Below are positions 31,967 to 42,586 of a stretch of DNA of 64,000 nt, piece by piece. Every line of letters starts with the position of its first letter. The first letter of the stretch is position 1. Under the pieces are notes generated by a model. It was not told the DNA's origin and searched no databases. It was given only the letters and a program-made list of their open reading frames with translations. The position numbers and the translations under genes were made by a program. The stretch comes from Candidatus Freyarchaeum deiterrae (lineage in GTDB: Archaea > Asgardarchaeota > Jordiarchaeia > Jordiarchaeales > Jordiarchaeaceae), in the NCBI GenBank assembly GCA_037305845.1, contig CP147778.1, positions 1,664,001 to 1,728,000 on the forward strand, read 5' to 3'.

Positions 31967-32752
31967 TCATTTCATGAAAGCTTTGATACTTTTGGGAAGA
32001 AAACCTTTCATTGGTACCCTTGGGAGAAATTTTCCAATTTCCGAAATTATACCCGGCGCTTCAGAACCGTATTTACAAACAATAGCATTTTCTAGGAGTC
32101 CCAAGCGTTCAATAGAAAGTATATCCTGTAAATGCCCTGATTTAATAATGGCCTTCCTAACCTGTTGGCGCGTAGAACCACAGATCATGATTCTATCGGA
32201 TGAACTACTAATCCATCCCTTGAACATAGATATTTGATTCCCGCTTAGTTCTGCCTCAATATCACGAGTTTCTTTATTAACATTCACGATTTTTACCTCA
32301 AGCGGAAAATTTTCAATAAGAGCAAATTTATCGATAATTTTACGCAAAGGTTTCTTAACATTATTCAACAACTGTTTTCTCAAAATATAAAGAGGAATAA
32401 ATGCGTCCTTCTTATTGGAATTCAAACCGACGTCAAGATAAAGACCATATCCAAACTTCGTTGGCTCAACTAATTTACCCCTAACAGTCAAACCCTGATG
32501 CAAATCGCCCGGCTCATAAATTGAACCGTACTTATGATTTAAAAAGTTTTTAGCTGCCTCCGCGTCTTCCCCCTCTAAAACTAATTGGATCCATCCTCTC
32601 TCAGTGATATCTATACTTTTTATTTTAACCTGCAGTTCAGAAATTTCCTTTTTAATGCCGCTACTTATTGAATGCAAAGCTAATTCTCTTTGCGGACCAT
32701 AAACCTTCTCCGAGACTAGAAAGACTTGTTCCATGAGTTTAAAAACATACAA
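31967..32752 (-). CDS. DUF2110-family protein
   Basis: GYGLY.D and GH..DI..IERLGLLE; lies next to tfe. Confidence 0.8.
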   Translation of the reverse strand: MYVFKLMEQVFLVSEKVYGPQRELALHSISSGIKKEISELQVKIKSIDITERGWIQLVLEGEDAEAAKNFLNHKYGSIYEPGDLHQGLTVRGKLVEPTKFGYGLYLDVGLNSNKKDAFIPLYILRKQLLNNVKKPLRKIIDKFALIENFPLEVKIVNVNKETRDIEAELSGNQISMFKGWISSSSDRIMICGSTRQQVRKAIIKSGHLQDILSIERLGLLENAIVCKYGSEAPGIISEIGKFLPRVPMKGFLPKSIKAFMK

Positions 32753-33115
32753 TTTCTTTTGAAGCTTTTCTTACCTTTGCTATATTCAGTAAAAATATCC
32801 CTTTTTTGATCACTTCATATAACATATTTATTATTCATTATTAAACTGCAAAATTATTTACTTTGTTTGTAACTTGTTCAAAGTAAGGTATCGCTTAATC
32901 ATTTTTAGATAATCAATATCATAATAAATGGCATAAATTATACCTAAAATCCAGAATTAACATCTAAGTTAAGACACTTGCTAAATATCCGCCTCTGTGA
33001 GTTAACTGCATACTAACCCCCCCAAATCACTACCAAAAGAATAATAACATATCCAAATTTCTATATCCAAAACTAAATTCCAGTGACTGGTTCTTTGTTA
33101 GAAGCCAGAGCGTTT

Positions 33116-33664
33116 TCAGCTTTTCAGACCCTTTAGTTCGCCTTCCAACTCTTCAACTTTATTTTCCAGAAGTTCAATCAACTTGTCATTTTTAACAAAG
33201 ACCAGAGTATTTGAGCAAGTAGGACATTTAAACGAGGCGTCCATAGCTCTATCAAAAGTTAGTTGTTCACAATCAGCGCTGCCGCAGTGAAAGAGCATAT
33301 TACCTTTTTCATAATCAAGTCTTTCATTAAGTCTCTGAAATACCATCTGTTTTCTTGAAATTATTAGGCTCCTTAATTTTTCTGGATTTAACTTCCAGAA
33401 ATAGATAAACCAACCCGTTCTAGTGTCTCTGGTTCGTCTATACGAAGCAAGGCGGTTCTCGTATAACCTGTATAAAACTTTTCTTACCCCATTTAAACGC
33501 ATCTCAGTTTTTTCTGCAATCTCTTCGTCCGTAGCCTCATCTTTGTCCGACAATGCGTTAGCAACCTTTATTGCATTTTCGCCGCCAATTTCCTCAATGA
33601 TGGATGCAAAAAGGTCGTCTCCTCCCACTTTTTTAATAGATGTTAAAATCATGCTGTTCACCAC
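33116..33664 (-). CDS. tfe: Transcription factor E (TFE alpha)
   Basis: TDEEIA, VRKVLY.LY, GWFIYFW, F.CP.C. Confidence 0.95.
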   Translation of the reverse strand: MVNSMILTSIKKVGGDDLFASIIEEIGGENAIKVANALSDKDEATDEEIAEKTEMRLNGVRKVLYRLYENRLASYRRTRDTRTGWFIYFWKLNPEKLRSLIISRKQMVFQRLNERLDYEKGNMLFHCGSADCEQLTFDRAMDASFKCPTCSNTLVFVKNDKLIELLENKVEELEGELKGLKS

Positions 33665-34330
33665 ACTTTTTTTTGTTCGAATTCACGCATCCTCCAATTA
33701 ATCTTGATGCCAACAAATCTCAGCACTAATATATATGTACGTTCTTATTAAAAAAATTTACTATTGTCAGTAGTATTTTATGACAGACAAACAAAAACTA
33801 TATAGTTCTTTAATCCCTAATTATAAAATATAAAGATTAATGAGTATGAATAAATTTCTCAGCAAAAACGAATATTAATTAAAGAATTATTTAAAAGTAT
33901 CTATAAATAATTACAATTAATCGACCCTAATTCATCAACATTATACTAGAACTGTTTCGTTTGTGTAAAATTAGCATTAAACCTAACATTTTCTGGATTG
34001 GTTTCTAGCCACGAAAAAAATTTTGTAAACATTTTATTATGCAAAATTTGAAAATTATTAAAAATGGAGGGCGGAGACAGGATCAATTCAATATATTTAA
34101 ATTCAAATTGAAAAACATGAATTATATTCAACCGAATAAAACTATCTTAAAGAAACTTAAATTAATAGTTTTCCGAAATCTAGAATTTGCGGGCTTTGAA
34201 AACTTATTGTGATAAGTGTATGCTAAGCATCTTGCAAGCTGAATATAAATTGGCTGGAAAATTTTTATTTCCAAAGACAAAATTCAAAAATAGTGGTACG
34301 CAATATATTTTCGTACGTAAGATAAAATTT

Positions 34331-34422
34331 GGGCGTATGGTCCAGTGGCTATGACACCGCGCTTACAACGCGGTAAATCCTTTTCAGGAGCCGAATCCGC
34401 GGTTCGAATCCGCGTACGCCCA
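34331..34422 (+). tRNA. tRNA-Val(TAC) with a 19-nt variable-loop intron at 34377-34395
   Basis: Acceptor GGGCGTA/TACGCCC; CCGCG-CTTACAA-CGCGG; BHB central helix CGGT/GCCG. Confidence 0.92.
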
Positions 34423-34611
34423 CCTCTTCCATCTTTGGTGGCCTAAATTGTATATTTTTCTCTTTCAACTGCTCTAAAAACTTAATCATATAGGTTAATT
34501 CTAAATTTTCGCGATTGATTAAATATATCGCGTTTTTAAGGGAGCTTTTCTAAAAATCTTTTGCGATCTTTTTTTAGATAATCTTATATTTTTTGGCTGA
34601 TATTCCATATT

Positions 34612-35012
34612 GGGGTGATGAGCAGAAGGACGGCTGCCGGTGCCTTTTGGTGCTGAGGAAATCCATCCATCATGTGGGGCTCGAGCATTGTAAAGTGCAG
34701 GCTGAGAAGTCTGGCAATGGAGCAGAAATCCTTTGAATTAAGGACTGTAAACGACACATCCTTCTGAATAATGACTATGATATGGAATAAGAACGTAAAA
34801 CCAATCTTTTGGTGTTCGTTCTACAATAAAACCGTTGAGGATTCAGAAGGAATTGTTGAAACGACCATCCTCGAGGATGCAAGTCCAAATAGGCTGCCGA
34901 TTATCCCCCCACAAGAGGCGGCGGGTAGGACGCTAAGCTGAATGCTGTCAAGAGATCTAATGGTAACATTGACCTCTGAACAGAAGGTGGATTACTCTCT
35001 GCACATCACCCC
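34612..35012 (+). ncRNA. rnpB: RNase P RNA with a 23-nt BHB intron at 34728-34750
   Basis: P1 GGGGTGATG/CATCACCCC; CR-I GAGGAAATCC; CR-V AACAGAAGGTGGAT; P6 GTGGGG/CCCCAC; TGAAACG. Confidence 0.94.
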
Positions 35013-35113
35013 AAAAACTTTCATACTTTTCGGGTTTTTTGGTTGGCGTAATTGTAATATCCTATTAAAATAAATTCAATTCGGTACTGTTTATATTTTT
35101 CAAGAATATCTGT

Positions 35114-35626
35114 CTAAGTAATGTACTGGTTTTGAATTTTAATTATCTCGTTGCTGTTTACTGCTTTTGAATAGTCCTCTAAGAGATTTTCATTAAGCGT
35201 AATAAAGTTTAAACCCCATTTAAAGAGGCTAAGAATTTCCTTTGCTTCATCCTTATGGTTAGTTATGTAGAGGGCGGCTGCAAAAGCTTCCACACTACTT
35301 AGTTTTGTTGGCTTACCATAGTTTGTTGGGTTCGCCGCTATTAAGTAGGGCAGGGCGCGTTTTATTCCCTTTACTCTATCAAAAACGCCCTCGATCAATT
35401 TCCATGAACAGTCTATTACTGTAAGTCCACTTCTAATTAGATATCCATCATCTTGCGAAGATAGAGCCTTTAAAGCGAAGGGGTCAAGTATTAAACTGCT
35501 TTTTGGGATTTCCGATAGGCGGCCTAATAGTATTGCTTTATTATGCCTAACCAATTTTAGACCAGTGCACATATTCGGAGAGCATTGTTTCGCATTATAC
35601 AAAAACAATTTCATCTTTTTACTCAC
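35114..35626 (-). CDS. tsr3: rRNA aminocarboxypropyltransferase Tsr3
   Basis: DCSW, RALP.L.AANP.NYG, LSSVEA, FKWG. Confidence 0.94.
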   Translation of the reverse strand: MSKKMKLFLYNAKQCSPNMCTGLKLVRHNKAILLGRLSEIPKSSLILDPFALKALSSQDDGYLIRSGLTVIDCSWKLIEGVFDRVKGIKRALPYLIAANPTNYGKPTKLSSVEAFAAALYITNHKDEAKEILSLFKWGLNFITLNENLLEDYSKAVNSNEIIKIQNQYIT

Positions 35627-35823
35627 TAAACCTTAATTTTAGACAAGATTTTTTAGAACAACTAAGATTTGATTTACAATTTTGCCAGTAATTACAAAAC
35701 GTTCCTGATATTCAATTGAAACTAATTAGTGATTAATATTTTTGATAGTCAATTTTGGATTAAAGATAAGTACTTTAATGTAATAAATATTATTTACTAA
35801 ATAATTATTTTTGGGTGGTGGTA

Positions 35824-36063
35824 ATGCCTATAGCATTTGTTTTAATTAATACCGAACCCGCAAACGAAGAGAAGGTTCTTTCAAAGATCACTACCATTGA
35901 GGGCATAGCGGAAGCATACATTCTATACGGGGTATACGATATTCTTGCAAAAATTAGTACCGAGTCGATGGAAAATTTGAAACAAACAATTATTTGGCAA
36001 ATTAGAAAAATAGAAGGCGTTGTTTCGACTCTTACACTTATTGTAGCTGAGGAAGGCGGTTGA
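35824..36063 (+). CDS. Lrp/AsnC ligand-binding (RAM) domain protein
   Basis: AFVLIN...YGVYDI...IRKIEGV.ST.T. Confidence 0.88.
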   Translation: MPIAFVLINTEPANEEKVLSKITTIEGIAEAYILYGVYDILAKISTESMENLKQTIIWQIRKIEGVVSTLTLIVAEEGG

Positions 36064-36265
36064 ACGTTTAATATTCTTTCTTTGATATCAAAAGTACTTT
36101 AACCTTCTATTATATTGAAGACTCCCCCAAAAACAGTATTCTTTTTTATTTTTTATCTAGATCTTTACTTTTCTTTAGGAAAAATTGTGAGCCCTTTATT
36201 TTTTAAATATTATTCATAAATGTTCTAATTATTACTATTTCTAATCGAAAATTTAAAAATCGTTA

Positions 36266-36553
36266 ATGTTCTTTATGGCAAGAGGAAAAATGAACAATTC
36301 AAGAATTTGTGAAATTTGTGAAAAAGAAACGGTAGAAGCAGAATGCCCCTTATGCAAAAGGCAGATTTGTAAGAGCTGTCTATCCGAAAATATTTGTGTT
36401 ATCTGTAATGAAACGGTATGTACAAATTGCAAAAATCAGCTATCTGACCGCGCGTGCAACATCTGCGGCTTATTGGTATGTGAAGATTGCAGTGTAAAAA
36501 TAAATGAGGAAATTATCTGTTTAAAATGTAGTTCTAAGAGGCGCGTTGAGTGA
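36266..36553 (+). CDS. Cys-rich zinc-finger protein
   Basis: Eight CxxC pairs; overlaps the tiaS start. Confidence 0.75.
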   Translation: MFFMARGKMNNSRICEICEKETVEAECPLCKRQICKSCLSENICVICNETVCTNCKNQLSDRACNICGLLVCEDCSVKINEEIICLKCSSKRRVE

Positions 36554-37872
36554 CTCTTCTTCATATAGGATTTGATGACACTGATTCCCCATCAGGCGGC
36601 TGTACCACATATCTGTGTGCAAGATTAGTAGAGCTACTTTCTGCCTTAAATGTAAGCTTCATTGACTATCCTTTGCTCATACGTTTAAATCCCAATGTCC
36701 CTTTCCGCACTAGAGGAAACGCTGCTCTATGTTTAAGAATAAAAATAGAAAATGATTTGGAAAATAGAGTTAAACAGGTTGTTTTAGAGGAAATAGAAAA
36801 AAGAGCAGATTTGTCCTTTAAAAACACTAACCCTGGAGTCGTATTCTACGAAGGAGAAACCATACCCAGCATACTTGAAAAATTCTCCATGAAGACTATG
36901 CAGAACATCGTAATAATTAATGACGCACTAAAAATAGCAGAGGACATAGGTGCGGAAACTTGCACATTTAAAAATGCTAGAGGAGTTATTGGCGCATTAG
37001 CCGCAATAGGCGCACTTCTAGAAAATGATCATACATACGAACTAATAACTTATAGAAAGCCAGAAAATTACGGTAAACCACGCAAATTAGATATCAACTC
37101 AGTTAGAAACATGAACTCAGCCACCTCTCCAAACACCTTCTGCAATATAGACAATGAACGGATACTTATCACGCCACACGGCCCTGACCCTATCCTTTAT
37201 GGCATTAGGGGAGACACTGCAGAAGTCGTTTATGCAGCGCACAATATGGTAACCCCTCTAGAACCCATTGAACGATGGATAATTTTTAGATCCAATCAGG
37301 GTACTGATATGCACCTGCGATTTCTACAGAGCATTTCTCAGGTGAGACCCTATTTATCTGTAATACTAAATGGTGAAGTTTCTAATAGGCCAAAAACGAT
37401 TCCCGGGGGCCATGTAATTGTGCAAATTAAAGATCATACAGGTAAAGTTGATTGTGCTGCCTATGAACCCACAGGCGAATTTCGAGAAGTGATAAAGAAT
37501 CTAATTCCAGGAGATATGGTTCGTGCATATGGCGGTGTTCGCCCCGCGTCCTCCCTTCATCCGCTAACTATTAATCTAGAAAAATTAGAAATTCTAAAAC
37601 TAGCTCCATTAGTAGTAAAATTAAACCCAAAATGTACTCAATGTGGAAAGAGTATGACATCCGCAGGCAAAAATAAGGGATTCAAATGCAAGAAATGCGG
37701 ACTAAAACTAACAGAAATTAAAAAATCAACTTTAGAAATGCCCAGAAATATAGCAGAAAAATTATATCTCACCCCTCCCAGAGCACATCGCCACTTAACT
37801 CGCCCAAAAGAGCGAATTAATAAAGTAATGAAAAGATCAGAAACTATGTTTACTCCTTGGCATTATCCCTGA
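36550..37872 (+). CDS. tiaS: tRNA(Ile2) agmatinylcytidine synthetase
   Basis: DDTDS..GGCTT, RLNPNVP.RTRGN, GIRG, NQGTD, OB fold and zinc ribbon. Confidence 0.95.
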   Translation: MTLLHIGFDDTDSPSGGCTTYLCARLVELLSALNVSFIDYPLLIRLNPNVPFRTRGNAALCLRIKIENDLENRVKQVVLEEIEKRADLSFKNTNPGVVFYEGETIPSILEKFSMKTMQNIVIINDALKIAEDIGAETCTFKNARGVIGALAAIGALLENDHTYELITYRKPENYGKPRKLDINSVRNMNSATSPNTFCNIDNERILITPHGPDPILYGIRGDTAEVVYAAHNMVTPLEPIERWIIFRSNQGTDMHLRFLQSISQVRPYLSVILNGEVSNRPKTIPGGHVIVQIKDHTGKVDCAAYEPTGEFREVIKNLIPGDMVRAYGGVRPASSLHPLTINLEKLEILKLAPLVVKLNPKCTQCGKSMTSAGKNKGFKCKKCGLKLTEIKKSTLEMPRNIAEKLYLTPPRAHRHLTRPKERINKVMKRSETMFTPWHYP

Positions 37873-37891
37873 AAATTGTTTTTTAATCTAT

Positions 37892-38821
37892 TTATTGTCT
37901 TAGTTTTTCTTTAGCAGCAGCTACTAAAAGTGGAAAGGCTATTGTAACATCTGCTATCACATCCACACTTTTCGCATCACTTTTCAATTTACCCCATGAA
38001 CGAGCTTCACTCAGAGTCGCTCCACTTAACCCCCCTGACTCCGGTCTGTCAAGAGTGATTTGGATGGCATAATCAAATCCTCGGCCAGTAATAAGCATAG
38101 TCTGTAAAATATGGTTCTTTGGAAACCCTCCACATAAAATAATGGCGCCACTCTTTTCATTTTCATAAGCTAAATTAATAATTTTATGCAAGTCCTCTAG
38201 CACATCTATTTTCAGCGGATTTAACTGCGAAAAAAGCCATGCTTGGAGTCCAAGAATTGAATCAGTTATTGCAGGACAAAATATAGGAACCCCTTTATCC
38301 GCAGCAGCCTTCACAAAGGAATTTTCATCCACAAGCCTCTTTCCAATTTCAGTTATAAGTTCAGATACAGTAATCCCCTCTTTCCTTTTTTCAACATCTA
38401 TTTCCCCAAAAATTTGTTGAATTCTTTCCTCAAAAGTCATGAATGTCTTATCAGAAACATAGGCATCATAGATACGATTAATTCCCTTACTTCTAAGTTC
38501 TGAATCATCACCACTTACACCTCTTTCATGGTGTTCGCCAAAAGCTTCGATGATATCATGTGTGATATTCGCCCCTGTACTAACAATTACATCAACGTAA
38601 CCTGCTCGAATCAAATCCGCAAATAATCCTCCTAATCCTGCAGGCACCAGAGCACCAGCTATCCCCAGAAACACTTTGGCATCAGGATCGCTAACCATCT
38701 CAACAAAAATATCCACAGCTTTAGCCAAACTTCCTGCGCAGAAAACTCCGGAAGCATCCATTTCTTTAACAAGATCCAAGGCACTCATATGTTCATCTAT
38801 TTTCATCCGTTTTATCTTCAC
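37892..38821 (-). CDS. dys: Deoxyhypusine synthase
   Basis: STGANITHD, PKN, GGLSGAT..EA.SWGK. Confidence 0.93.
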   Translation of the reverse strand: MKIKRMKIDEHMSALDLVKEMDASGVFCAGSLAKAVDIFVEMVSDPDAKVFLGIAGALVPAGLGGLFADLIRAGYVDVIVSTGANITHDIIEAFGEHHERGVSGDDSELRSKGINRIYDAYVSDKTFMTFEERIQQIFGEIDVEKRKEGITVSELITEIGKRLVDENSFVKAAADKGVPIFCPAITDSILGLQAWLFSQLNPLKIDVLEDLHKIINLAYENEKSGAIILCGGFPKNHILQTMLITGRGFDYAIQITLDRPESGGLSGATLSEARSWGKLKSDAKSVDVIADVTIAFPLLVAAAKEKLRQ

Positions 38822-38938
38822 TTAGTACACCCCAAATTAAATTTACTCAGTTTCAGTAAATAACTTTAAGCGTTAATAATTTGTTTAATTAAATTTTAAT
38901 GTAGAGCGTCTGCTATTTTGTAAAAATCAAGGTTGAAA

Positions 38939-40267
38939 TTAAGTCTGGTCATCAACTTTAATCACGTCTAACTCTAAACATTTTGCTTCTGTATTTAGTA
39001 TAGAAGATACGCTCGGTTCCGTACGGCCTTCGTCTCCAGAAATGAGTTCTTTAATGTATAGTCCTCCTTGTCCTTGGACGATTAGCTCAAATTTATTTGA
39101 ATTCAGTATTTTGTAATCAAGTTTGTAAACCTTTTTTATTCTAACTAAATTTGCCCTTCGGTGTAATACTCTTACTGGGGTTTGTTGGTGAATAGTTTCT
39201 CCTGTGAGTTTGGTTTTCAATAATTCTAGTTTTTCTAAGGTTACCTGGTCCTTTGATTCTACTAAGGCGCTGTAGGTTTTACTGGATGTTTGAGCCAAGG
39301 CTTTTATGCGTCTAACTTCGTCCTTATTTGAAAGACTAAGATTCATTACTCTGACTTTTTCTTCAGAGCGGCTATTAATTATATTCTCTAACTCCTTTAA
39401 CTCTATTTTACGCTTTTTCGGGTTTTTAATTTCTAAGACAAACCGTCGTCCATTCCCTAACATCCTAGCATCAATGTCCTCTCTTCCTGCTCCGTGAAAT
39501 CTTGATTCCTCCCCTTCGGTAATTTCTAATACTGGTTTAGCAATTATTTCCTCTACTGTTTCCTGATACATTTTACCTGTACCATTACACCTTTCACATC
39601 CCTTTCCATGGCATTCTCGACATGGCCATCTGGTTTGAGGAATACCTCTCACAAGTTTCAAGTATCTCCCTGAAATAAAAAGAGGATTGACATCAATTGA
39701 TATTGACAAATCTTCTACTTCTAAAACTATGAGTATATCGGGTCTATTAAACTCGACATTTTTACCCGTAATAATTGTTAATACTTTACCGATTTCACGG
39801 TTAATTTCTGCTTTTAAAGCTTCACCGGTATTAATCTCAAAAGTTGATCTTAACGCGTCCTCCTTCTCAGAAATTCGAGGAGGAACCTTGGACCCTACAA
39901 GGAAGTTGTTAAACTCATATTTCTCTAGTTCTAAAGCGATTTTTCTAGCAATTTCCTCTTTTTTTAAAAAAACGTTGTCGCAAATTTCGCATTTTCCTTC
40001 TTCATTTACTTCTAAACCTATTGTTCGAAGAGTCTCTAAAGCTGGATTAAAAAATCCATTAACAGCTAAACTTCTCAATAAATTTTCTCCCCTAGCTTTA
40101 TCGCTAGTTAAATATTTATGGCCAATAAGGGTTAATACCATCTTTATTGAGCGTCCTCTTTCCGCATTACTAGTTTTGGTGCCCAATAAAGCAAATTGCC
40201 TTCCGAGGCAATTATCACATAGCTTATGCTCTTCCAAAATATTAATTGCCTGATCAATTATCTCCAT
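38939..40267 (-). CDS. pus10: tRNA pseudouridine 54/55 synthase Pus10
   Basis: LCDNCLGRQF, GRYLK..R.IPQT, GREDIDARMLG, GLYIKELISGD. Confidence 0.96.
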   Translation of the reverse strand: MEIIDQAINILEEHKLCDNCLGRQFALLGTKTSNAERGRSIKMVLTLIGHKYLTSDKARGENLLRSLAVNGFFNPALETLRTIGLEVNEEGKCEICDNVFLKKEEIARKIALELEKYEFNNFLVGSKVPPRISEKEDALRSTFEINTGEALKAEINREIGKVLTIITGKNVEFNRPDILIVLEVEDLSISIDVNPLFISGRYLKLVRGIPQTRWPCRECHGKGCERCNGTGKMYQETVEEIIAKPVLEITEGEESRFHGAGREDIDARMLGNGRRFVLEIKNPKKRKIELKELENIINSRSEEKVRVMNLSLSNKDEVRRIKALAQTSSKTYSALVESKDQVTLEKLELLKTKLTGETIHQQTPVRVLHRRANLVRIKKVYKLDYKILNSNKFELIVQGQGGLYIKELISGDEGRTEPSVSSILNTEAKCLELDVIKVDDQT

Positions 40268-40862
40268 TATTATCATTACCCCATAGAGTGTCCAAATGGT
40301 TGTGCAACATAACAATGAAATTGTCAATTGTGTAAGTATCTCTAAAAAACACTTCGTTATATCCTTGATTAGCTAGTTGATTCTCAATAAAATCTGGAAA
40401 CGGGTATTCAAGTGGTACAACAGAATTTACACTATCTCCAAACACTATTTCATCAATACTCTTTCCTTTTATAGAAGGGAAGATTACTTGACTCGCATTT
40501 ATATTTTTTAATGTTTCTATCGAATCGGTGATGTTTTCATAAATGTAAACCCCACGCTTAGACAAAGTACTTTTCTTTTTATTTAGTTCTTTTAATTCTA
40601 TCTGCGCTTTCATTAATAACATGGTAATAGACCTGGTATCCGGTCCTAAATATTTTAATTCAGAGCCAACTAACTTGAGCATGTAATTTTCATCTTTAAC
40701 TAAGATATACAATATTGTATCTCTTCTTATTCCGTGAGAAAGAAAAAAGGCGGCTCTTATACATGCGCTAAGCTTTGAGACCGTTTGATTGATAAACCCC
40801 AAGTTGAGTTGTTTTTGGGTAATTTGAGGGATACTGTTCAACAGAACGCTGAAAAACCTCAT
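40254..40862 (-). CDS. TrmY/DUF358-like SPOUT protein, divergent
   Basis: AFFLSHGIRRD and L.PD.RS; next to pus10; C-terminal knot looks degenerate. Confidence 0.65.
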   Translation of the reverse strand: MRFFSVLLNSIPQITQKQLNLGFINQTVSKLSACIRAAFFLSHGIRRDTILYILVKDENYMLKLVGSELKYLGPDTRSITMLLMKAQIELKELNKKKSTLSKRGVYIYENITDSIETLKNINASQVIFPSIKGKSIDEIVFGDSVNSVVPLEYPFPDFIENQLANQGYNEVFFRDTYTIDNFIVMLHNHLDTLWGNDNNGDN

Positions 40863-42229
40863 GCTAATTTTCCTTTCCATTTTCTCATCTGCTCTGGCGA
40901 TATACCTGGAGGAACCTGCATTCCGCGTTTTCCCCGCCTTTGCTTACCCATCATCTTAGCCATTTTTTTAGCCGCGAAATACTGATCAATCAACTCTTTA
41001 ACATCCCTCGGTTGGGTACCGGATCCTCTGGCAATTCGGATTATTCTAGAACGATCAATTACTTTAGGATCGACTTGTTCCTCATTGGTCATTGATTGTA
41101 GCATTACTTTCCAATATCTCATTTTGTCATCTGCGACATCTTTTAGATCGTTAGGAATTTTGGCGCCAATCCCTACCAAATCAAAAACTTTGCTTATAGG
41201 GCCCATCTTTTTAAGCTGTTCCATTTGCTCGTAAAAATCTTTTAGCGTAAACCGCCCGCTCAAAAATGTCAGAGCCGCGTTCTTATCTGTTTTTACCTCG
41301 GCTTCTCTAACTTTGTCTAATAAACTTTGTAAGTCCCCCATTCCAAGTAAAAGCCCGACGAAGCCTGTGGGATTAAAACTCTCGATGTCCTCGATCTTTT
41401 CACCAGTGCTTATGAATTTGATAGGGGCTCCTGTAGCTGCAACAGCTGAAAGAGCGCCTCCTCCTCGAGCGGATCCATCTAATTTTGTTACAATTATCGA
41501 CCCGATATTCGTCGCGGCTTTAAATGCTTGGGCTTGGCTGGTTGCTTGCTGTCCGAGGGTCCCGTCTATCACCAATATAATCTCCTGAGGAAGAATGGCT
41601 TTTGCTATGTCTTGCATTTCTTTCATTAATCCCTTTTCTTCCTTATGTCTTCCAGAAGTATCAACGATTATTGCCTCGCACTCTTCTTTCTGAAGTTTTG
41701 CGATTCCCCTTTTGGCTACATCAACACTATTTTTACTATTTTGTTCTCCATAAAATGGAACGTTTAACTCATTTATTAACTGGTAAAGCTGCTCATAAGC
41801 ACCGGGACGGAATGTATCTGCGCAAACTACACCCGTTTTGGTACCTCTTTTACTGAGATATCTCGCGAGTTTAGCAGTTGTTGTAGTTTTACCTGAACCC
41901 TGGATACCCACGAGCATGATAACGTTTGTCTTTCCCGGCTTTATTTCGAGAGGGTATGCTTTCCTTCCTAGAATGTTGGTTAGCTCATCATAAACAATTT
42001 TAACAATATGTTCTCTTCTGCTTATGCCGGGGGGTAATGTTTCGTCGAGAGCCTTTTTCTTAATATTCTCACTTATTTCAAAAACCAGTTCAACATTTAC
42101 GTCAGATGTTAGAAGTGCTCTCTGAAGCTCTTTGACCAATTCTTCGACAGCTTCTTTGTCTGCGACGTTTGAACGCAAAATCTTATTTATTGCGTTTCTC
42201 AAACCTTCGCCTAATTTCTCTAAGACCAT
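40859..42229 (-). CDS. srp54: Signal recognition particle protein SRP54
   Basis: GIQGSGKTTT, DTSGRH, TKLDG, M domain RIARGSG. Confidence 0.97.
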   Translation of the reverse strand: MVLEKLGEGLRNAINKILRSNVADKEAVEELVKELQRALLTSDVNVELVFEISENIKKKALDETLPPGISRREHIVKIVYDELTNILGRKAYPLEIKPGKTNVIMLVGIQGSGKTTTTAKLARYLSKRGTKTGVVCADTFRPGAYEQLYQLINELNVPFYGEQNSKNSVDVAKRGIAKLQKEECEAIIVDTSGRHKEEKGLMKEMQDIAKAILPQEIILVIDGTLGQQATSQAQAFKAATNIGSIIVTKLDGSARGGGALSAVAATGAPIKFISTGEKIEDIESFNPTGFVGLLLGMGDLQSLLDKVREAEVKTDKNAALTFLSGRFTLKDFYEQMEQLKKMGPISKVFDLVGIGAKIPNDLKDVADDKMRYWKVMLQSMTNEEQVDPKVIDRSRIIRIARGSGTQPRDVKELIDQYFAAKKMAKMMGKQRRGKRGMQVPPGISPEQMRKWKGKLA

Positions 42230-42586
42230 TAGAACCACGTTCCTACTTTAAACCGTGCTAATCAATCTTATTTCTTTTTATTCACACTCTTCAAAATATT
42301 AACATTTACGCAGGTAGAGCTAGTTTAGGTTTCGTTATAGACGTTTCGTTTTTAACATCTCTTTATAATTGAATCTAGTGCCAATTTTTAAGGTATATCT
42401 ACTAGGAGTCTACTCTTAGAAAATGTACAGATATATACTTAACTAGCAATATAAAAACTAAATTTATTTTAAATAACTAAAAACCTATCTTTATACTTTG
42501 ATTAATTGTAAATGAAAAACTTTTGAAATGCATTTTTAAAGTTTAAATCAAATGTTAGGGTATTCCTCTCTACGATGTGAAATGCG

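Noticed and set aside
34950-34978. Hairpin near the RNase P RNA 3' end as a second intron
   Set aside because: It occupies the normal P19 position, and no clean BHB restores a conserved motif
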